Source: the human T2T-CHM13v2.0 reference genome, Homo sapiens. From it: 64,000 nt of DNA. The stretch is taken from the NCBI RefSeq assembly GCF_009914755.1, contig NC_060932.1. The stretch is one strand, 5' to 3'. A program made the translations under genes and the position numbers. Shown here piece by piece: positions 56,335-64,000 of this stretch (position 1 is its first letter; every line of letters starts with the position of its first letter). Under the pieces are notes generated by a model. The model made no database searches. It saw only the letters and a list, made by a program, of their open reading frames with translations, and was not told where the DNA came from.

Positions 56335-56814
56335 CATTACCCAATTCTCTCACCTATCCTTACAAAAGATTATTGTCTTCTAAAAGAGAATCACATTAAG
56401 GAGTAAATAATAATAAAAAGTCACCATAGTTAAATCAATGGTTAACCAGACATTACACTTGAGAGGGATAGAAGTATGATTCATTTAGCCTTCTACTACC
56501 ATCTCTGAAAAAGCTATGAGGATCAAATTGCAGCTTTATCTTCCCATTATTTTGTGTGAATCTAAGTAAAGATTAAAAAGACTAATAGCTAATAATTTAC
56601 AAATTTAAAAAGAACATGACAGATATACAAAATGAAACTAAGAATATATGGAATAAAATATTACTTATTAATTGATCAAGAATTGTGGAATAAGCATAAA
56701 CAGTTATATAATGCCTTTCCTTAACATCTTTTAAGATTAAGATAAATTACCTCTGTTCTTGAAAAGGGTTTGAATAACGACTTTAGTTCCAATATAGCTT
56801 AGCCATTTTTTTCA

Positions 56815-57221
56815 GGATCCCTTTCATCTTTTTCAGGCCTTGCCATATATTACTTAATATTAAAATATCAGAATTGGATCTAATAAACTACATCATGGGG
56901 TGGCCTGTTATTAATATTCATAGTTACAGTAACAATCCCAGAGAACTCTGCATACCTACATTATAAATAATACCATTGTGAATATTTAAAAAACACATAG
57001 CAGTGTTTATCTTCTTTTAAGGATCCCTTTCATCTTTTTCAGCCCTTGCCATATATTACTTAATATCAAAATATCAGAACTGGGTCTAATAAACTACATC
57101 ATGGGCTAGCCTATTATTAATACTCATAGTAACAATCCCAGAGAACACTGCTTACCTACATTATAAATAATACCATTGTGAACACTAAAAAAACACATAG
57201 CAGTGTTTAGCTTCTTCTTAA
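56815..57221 (+). repeat. Diverged tandem duplication of about 206 bp
   Basis: Copies start ggatccctttcatc at 56815 and 57021, with about 14 substitutions and two small indels. Confidence 0.95.
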
Positions 57222-60200
57222 GATGGGAATCCAATTTTTTTAGCCTTGTAAGCTATGAATCTGACATACTCATGCCTGACCTTCATAAAATCAACTAAGA
57301 GCACTCCTAGTCCCTTGCAAATAGTAGGATTTTAAAGGTGTCAAAGATATTCCTGTCTTCTAGTTGTAACATTAAAATCCTATTTTTGAAATCCAGTGTA
57401 CTGTACATGTATTTTAAGACTAGTATAACTCAAGTCTCTTAACATTTAAAGTTAAGCAGTTTATAAAATTAAAACTGTAAGCAAATAAATCATAAAATTT
57501 GCAGAATTGGACAGAGAAAATGAAGCCATGATGAGTTTCTTAAGAAACTATGAAAACAGTGGGGTACCCAAGCTCAGACACACAAAAGTATACCTTACAT
57601 TGCAAAAAATATGTAGCATCTTATATACCTAAATTGTAAATGTATGTGTCAGTAAGTGGGTGTGTGCATGTGCACGTGTTTTAATATTCTGCCAATATTC
57701 TGTGGTCTTTTGCATCTTTGGTCTCAAGTATTACTCATTTCCCTTGAGGATAATTCCACAGTCTCTACAGAAGCTTAAATAAGATATGAAAGTAATTCTC
57801 TGCTTCCTGCACTCAAATGCATTGCTTTGTATTTATGCAAATGTTCAGCCCAGTCTCTTGGAAAATTCCAGAGAAGAACTACCTTAAATAACTGTGAAGA
57901 CAAAATTAGTTACCCATGATTTCAAAGAAAATATTTTTAAAATTTCCTTTAAATAGGTAGGCTTTACAATACTAAAATCTCCTGCTTCATCAGTCCATAG
58001 CCTATGTCATAAAAGCAAGTATATAAAACAGTCATTCCTATTCAGATGTTCTTACCCAATAGTGCTTGGGGGTTGATAATTATCTGTCGTTGAAGAGAAG
58101 TTAACTCTCTCATCTCTCAATTATGAATAAGAGAACCCGAGTAAGATTTATTAACCACTCTGCATTGGTTAAATTAATAAAATGGTAATTAGGTCAAGTT
58201 TCATTCTTTCCATGTCCATGTCATTTTTAAAAAAGGAAATTATATAGTGATTCAGTTGAATGTATAAATCACAAATATTCAATAATAATACACTAAACTA
58301 CAATTAAATTATCTTTATTTTTGGCTACATGTTTTTTCACATTAAAGATTTTCACTGTAAAATGTTTTCCTCTTTGGTATATTGGATATTATTAAAATTA
58401 GAAAATCTTAATAACACTATACAGTTTAAAAGAGAAGTGAAATAAATCTTTTAGTGAAAATAACATATGCAATACATATTAACTATTCTGAAGTCACCAC
58501 AGTAAAACTAAAGGTGTTCAACTTTTACATATTAATTGTTATTTCCATTTCAAAACATTTGGAATTCCGAATATGGGCAAAAGCAGGGAAAAACTCGGTA
58601 GCCCAATTCTAATTACTTTAGATGCATCTCGCTTATATATTTAATTTGTCACTATGATTATGTGTATCTTCTTCAAATCCCTTTAATTACAAGTATTCTA
58701 TTCAGGTTATTCAGATAAAGTCTCACAGCCTCCAGATCTACATCTCCACCCAGGTGTGCTATCAAGATGAAGCTCATCTAAGCTTCTGGGAGATGGGAGA
58801 TTCTAATTAAGAAAAACACAGATGTCTTCCAGAGAGCAGACTGGAAACAAAACGTGTATCATCCTTTTCTCCTTCTGGATCGACTATAGCTGAAACTGTG
58901 CTGCCGGCAGCTGTAATGGTTATTTTGAAAACTAATGTTTACCCAGACTTGAAATATAACATACAAGTGCCTTTGTAAACCATAAGGGTAATTATGGTTA
59001 CTTAACTATTACTAAAAATTAGGTTATCAAGTTGGTTACTTTTGGGATGCTGTATTTGACAAGGAATGAATTTTTGATCTCTACTAAGCCTGCACTGTGT
59101 GTAAGACCAGTGATGCAAAGAATAATTTTAGCACACTTACTTTTCATCTATAAGATTAGCTCTATATCATTGGGTCTATGCATTTTCAGAAGAACTTTTG
59201 AGAAACTAAATAAGACAGGTCTGCCCTACCTCAACAGTAGGTGTTCCTCATGCAGTAACATTTGATATGCTGATATTTGAAGGGTATTTATAAGATCTTC
59301 TCCAGCACTACTGATTGCACTGAATTACCAAAAATTTATTTGGCATCTTCGATGAGTAAGGCTCTAATGCTAGTTACATGTGTCTGAAACTCTATACATG
59401 GCAGGCAAAATGGCTAAAAATATTTGAACGAAAAGACCAGGAAGGCCAAAGACAAACTGTCATCTTGGATCATTTAAGTCTGCTCCTCCTCCTGGTCTCT
59501 TACTTTATAAACCATCACTACTGAAGCTGAAATCCTGAAACCTGTATTTTTGGCTGTTCTAATATCTTTGTTTAACTTGATTTCCCAGCTAACACTAAGC
59601 TGTACAACATAGGTATAAAATATAAGATTCGTAATGGATAGTGAGAACATGTCCACTGCTTGAGAAATGCTGCTGTACAGAGCATGAGTAATAAACTGCT
59701 ATACTGGCCACATTTGGTTCTAAGACCTGGGTGTGTTGTAATACCGGTGCTGCAATATTTTCATGCAGGTTCCTAATTTCCTAGGACTACAAAGTGATGG
59801 GAAGCATAAGAAGTATAAGGCTGGGGTAAAACCAAATCTTTAAAGTGCTGCAGAAGCTACATTAATTACCATGGAAGACACATCAAGCTTATAGCAGCTG
59901 TACACATGATGTAGGCTCTGAAAGACATGGAAGTGAAACTCTTTAGTTGGCTTAGAATTAAAACAGCAACAAAAACAACAAACACACAAGAAGCATGAAG
60001 AGGATTTTGTACATAATTTTGAATTTCACTACTTTCAAATGGAATAATGATGACAGAGTCATTTTTGTAATTTGATGGAAACAAAGGATTGCATTGGAAT
60101 AGGAAAGCTTTCACATTCTAGGAGGCAAACTGAAAAGATTTTATAATGTTCTGCTGGGAATAGGATGACTTTATTATCTAGGGGCATTGTACAATCCTAA

Positions 60201-60279
60201 CTTGTAGATTTGCATAAATAACATAGCTACATAAAATTAAAGAAGTAGAGTAGCTCCAGGGCACATTTTTGGTCCACTG

Positions 60280-60790
<511 letters not shown>

Positions 60791-61969
60791 TCTAATGTAT
60801 TGAAGGGGTGAGGTAACATCCTTCTAGATATATTTTAGAGGCTTTTAGAACAACATCAAAGGAAACTTCATAAAAGTTTTGAGGGGCTAAATTGTCACTG
60901 CATTGTTCTCATGTAGGAGTAAGGAAGCATCAGCAAAATTTGGAGACACAATCTCATGAAGTTGCAGGCAGAACTTTTCTGGGACCTAACTAACTACTGT
61001 CTCAAGAGGGGCAACATCTATTTCACTGTAAACGGGGCCACTGCATTTGGTAATCAAAATGGAAAAACAAAATATGGAGGGAGGAGTGTCTGCCACAAAT
61101 GCTTAGTATTAGAGGACATTCAACGACTCTCCATATTTCTTCTCAAGGTATCATCCATCTAAAAGGAACTCTAATATGCAGCAGCCTTCAGTGAAATACT
61201 ATGAAGCTTCAGGGAGTTATGGTAAGAAACTATGTAAGAACCATGACACTGCCTGGACTGACACGTTTTAAAAAAGAGAAAGAAAGACATGTCCAGGAGC
61301 CAGAATGTTCATGACCTCAAAACAGGAGGTTCCCGAGGGGCAGATGAACCCCAGTGGTTCAGAATTCAGAGATCTCCCCAACATTTCCCTCCCTCCCACA
61401 TCTCTCATGACCAAGCGGAGTCTCCCTCTGTAGATAATCTTGAAGAATCTGATTGTAGTTTTACAACTTTCTGAGCTGACAAACACTGAACTGCATCTGT
61501 TTTAAGTGGCAAAATTTGTGCACTTATGGTCTGCTTTGTATTTTCTTTTTATGTGTTACATAATTTAACAAAGATATCCTGAAGTTAATACTACAATGCA
61601 GCTGTGTCCACTTACTTCTTGCAAGCTTTTTGTCCACATAGGGAACAGACATGTTTCAAAAAGTATCCTAAAATTTAAACTCCATCAGCAAAACTTATTT
61701 TCCATGTAAGGACATCAAAAAAGGAAAGATTTTTTCTGTAGAATAAAGAGAACTCAACCCATGCTACTATGATCGAGAAAAAAAATAACAGAAGATTCAA
61801 AATACCAATATACCATCTCCATGTTTTTGAAAGGAATGATTCTGGTCTGTGTCTTAAGATGTGAGTTTAGTGAACATTACAATATTTCATTTAATTATAT
61901 ACACAGACAGATGACAGGTAAATAGAAATTATTTTTATTTTGTTTTTCTTTTGTTTTTTAAAAAATATC

Positions 61970-62241
61970 TGCCCAGGCATGGATGCCTATATTCCCAGCA
62001 CTTTGGGAGGCCAAGGTGAGAGGATCACTTGAGCCCAAGAGTTCAAGACCAGCATGGGCAACATGCCTCCACAAAAAAATTAACAAAAAAAATTAGCCAG
62101 GCGTGGTGCTGGTGCCTGTCGTCCTAGCTACTCAGGAGGCTGAGACAGGAGGACTGCTTGAGCTTGGGAGTTTCAGAGTGCAGGGAGCTATGATTACACC
62201 ACTGCACTCCATCCTGGGAAACAGAGTGAGACCCCATCTCA
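61970..62241 (+). mobile_element. AluJ lacking a poly-A tail
   Basis: gaggatcacttgagccc, gagctatgatt, ends gagaccccatctca. Confidence 0.9.
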
Positions 62242-63421
62242 CTCTGTTTTTTTCACTTTCTGCTCTTCTGAATCCCAACAGTCCCATGATATCTTGCCCA
62301 ATATTTTAATATATCAGTACATTGCTATTAGCTTTAACCAACCTCACATAGTACACATGAGATCAGGAGAGCACAAATTAATAACGATGAAATTTCACTC
62401 CAAAGCAGGAGCAGAAAGTCATAAACACAGCAAAGCAGAGTACAAGACTTGTATCAAGGACAAGTCTTTGCAATTCCAAATTTTCCCTCACTTCTTCTGG
62501 TTATCAATACAGATAGAATTAAAAACCATATCTTGTAAGAATATTTGAAGGCAAAAGAAAAACAAATTATATAGATAAGGTTGTTTAAACTATTAATAAG
62601 AATTCATTTAGGGCTCATCTTAAATTCATGTAGAGTCAAAATTACGATTTACAAAAAGCATTGGCTCATAGGAGATCATGGATGATGAGCTCAAGGGTTA
62701 AGAGAGAGCTCCCAAGGGGAAGAAAGCATTCCAACATGCTTCTTCATCAAAACATCAGTGGAAGGGTCAGAGGAAGGTGAAACCCATTTTCAAAATCATC
62801 CTGAAGGAAAGATGTAATACAGGAATGACTACAGCTTCAGCTGCCATGAGAAGGAAACTGAGATTGTTGTGGATGTTAATATCAGAACCAAATTAAAATC
62901 CAGGCCTAATGACCCTCTGGCCAGTGGTCTTTCCAGTCAGCAAGCTCTTAAGCAGGGAGTCCACAGTAGTCACTTGTTAATCAATAAATTTACCAGGCCC
63001 CCAAAGCTCAGAAATCTGATTCCACCTAGCCACAGGTAGCTGTCCCACACCTGGTAGAAGCATTGCACAAGGCTGCCCCCTGTCAGGGGGTGGACAACCA
63101 GTGCTTTCCCCAGCCCACCATGTTTTCTCAAGTGTTGCCATGCTACATGTTAACCTAGGAAATTCTCTTTGCCTCGACAATGTCTATTCATTCTACTGGA
63201 AATTTCTTTCTGACAGGATCTCCTGACCATGCCCTTGTCCTAACCACCACAAGCTCTTCTATGTCCACAAGCCCCATCCACAAGCTCATCTGTGTCCAAA
63301 AATTTTAAATTTTTGTTCAAATACTTCCTTCCTGTTCTTGGTAACTAAAATTCTACACATTTTTTAAAAGAAATATTAACAGACTTCAGTATGAAGTTAA
63401 AATCAATACTAAAAATTCCAG

Positions 63422-63729
63422 ATTTTTTTTTCTTTTTTGGGGGGGGGGGGGGCGACGGGGTCTTGCTGTCATCTAGGCTGGAGTACAATGGCATGATCTC
63501 GGCTCACTGCTACCTCCGCCTCCCGGACTCAAGCGATTCTCCTGCCTCAGTTTCCTGAGTAGCTGAGATTACAGGCGTGCACCACCACACCCAGCTAATT
63601 TTTGTATTTTTTGTAGAGATGGGGTTTCACCATGTTGGTCAAGCTGGCCTCGAACTCCTGACCTTGTGATCCACCCACCTCAGCCTCCCAAAGTGCTGGG
63701 ATTACAGGCGTGAGCCATGGCGCTCAGCC
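63422..63729 (-). mobile_element. AluS with a G14 run at the body/tail junction
   Basis: Antisense dimer with TSD aaattccag on both sides (about 63413-63421 and 63730-63738). Confidence 0.93.
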
Positions 63730-64000
63730 AAATTCCAGTTTTTCTATATGCATACAAGGAATTACAAAGTATAGTGAATTGAAAACTGTAAAAATTAATT
63801 CAATAGAATCTATGAGGGTTCTGTAGGAATACTAAAACATATTAAAAACAAATAATGTTGAGTATGCCACCTCTTTTGCAATGTAGATAGATATGCTACT
63901 TTCTTTCTCTTTCCTAATTACATTGACTAGGGCTTCTAGAATATTAATAAATGAACACAATGTCTTTGAAGTTACTTCCCCCTGAATTAGAAATGTTTTT

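Noticed and set aside
62219-62253. Rho-independent terminator
   Set aside because: Eukaryotic context. The hairpin derives from an Alu end and is reported as a structural finding.

Overview
This is AT-rich primate (human-like) non-coding genomic DNA, intronic or intergenic, and not a prokaryotic locus. It is dominated by interspersed repeats: about 15 Alus (J, S and Y types), three primate L1PA insertions with target-site duplications (TSDs), older L1M, L2 and MIR relics, MaLR LTRs, hAT-Charlie MITEs and microsatellites. The only recognisable protein-coding sequence is truncated LINE-1 ORF2. I could not identify a host gene, RNA gene or CRISPR array, and I found no new biological system. The best observations are structural. 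(1) A 167-bp inverted, templated copy of nearby L2 DNA sits inside the A-rich linker of an Alu. (2) An L1PA2-like element has a 5' inversion with clear twin-priming junctions. (3) A trimeric Alu arose by internal duplication. (4) A nested L1/FLAM/L1 stack may include an old 3' transduction. (5) There is a diverged 206-bp tandem duplication. (6) A few repeat-free segments look enhancer-like. Repeat subfamily names come from remembered consensus features and need RepeatMasker/Dfam confirmation. Boundaries of old repeats are approximate.
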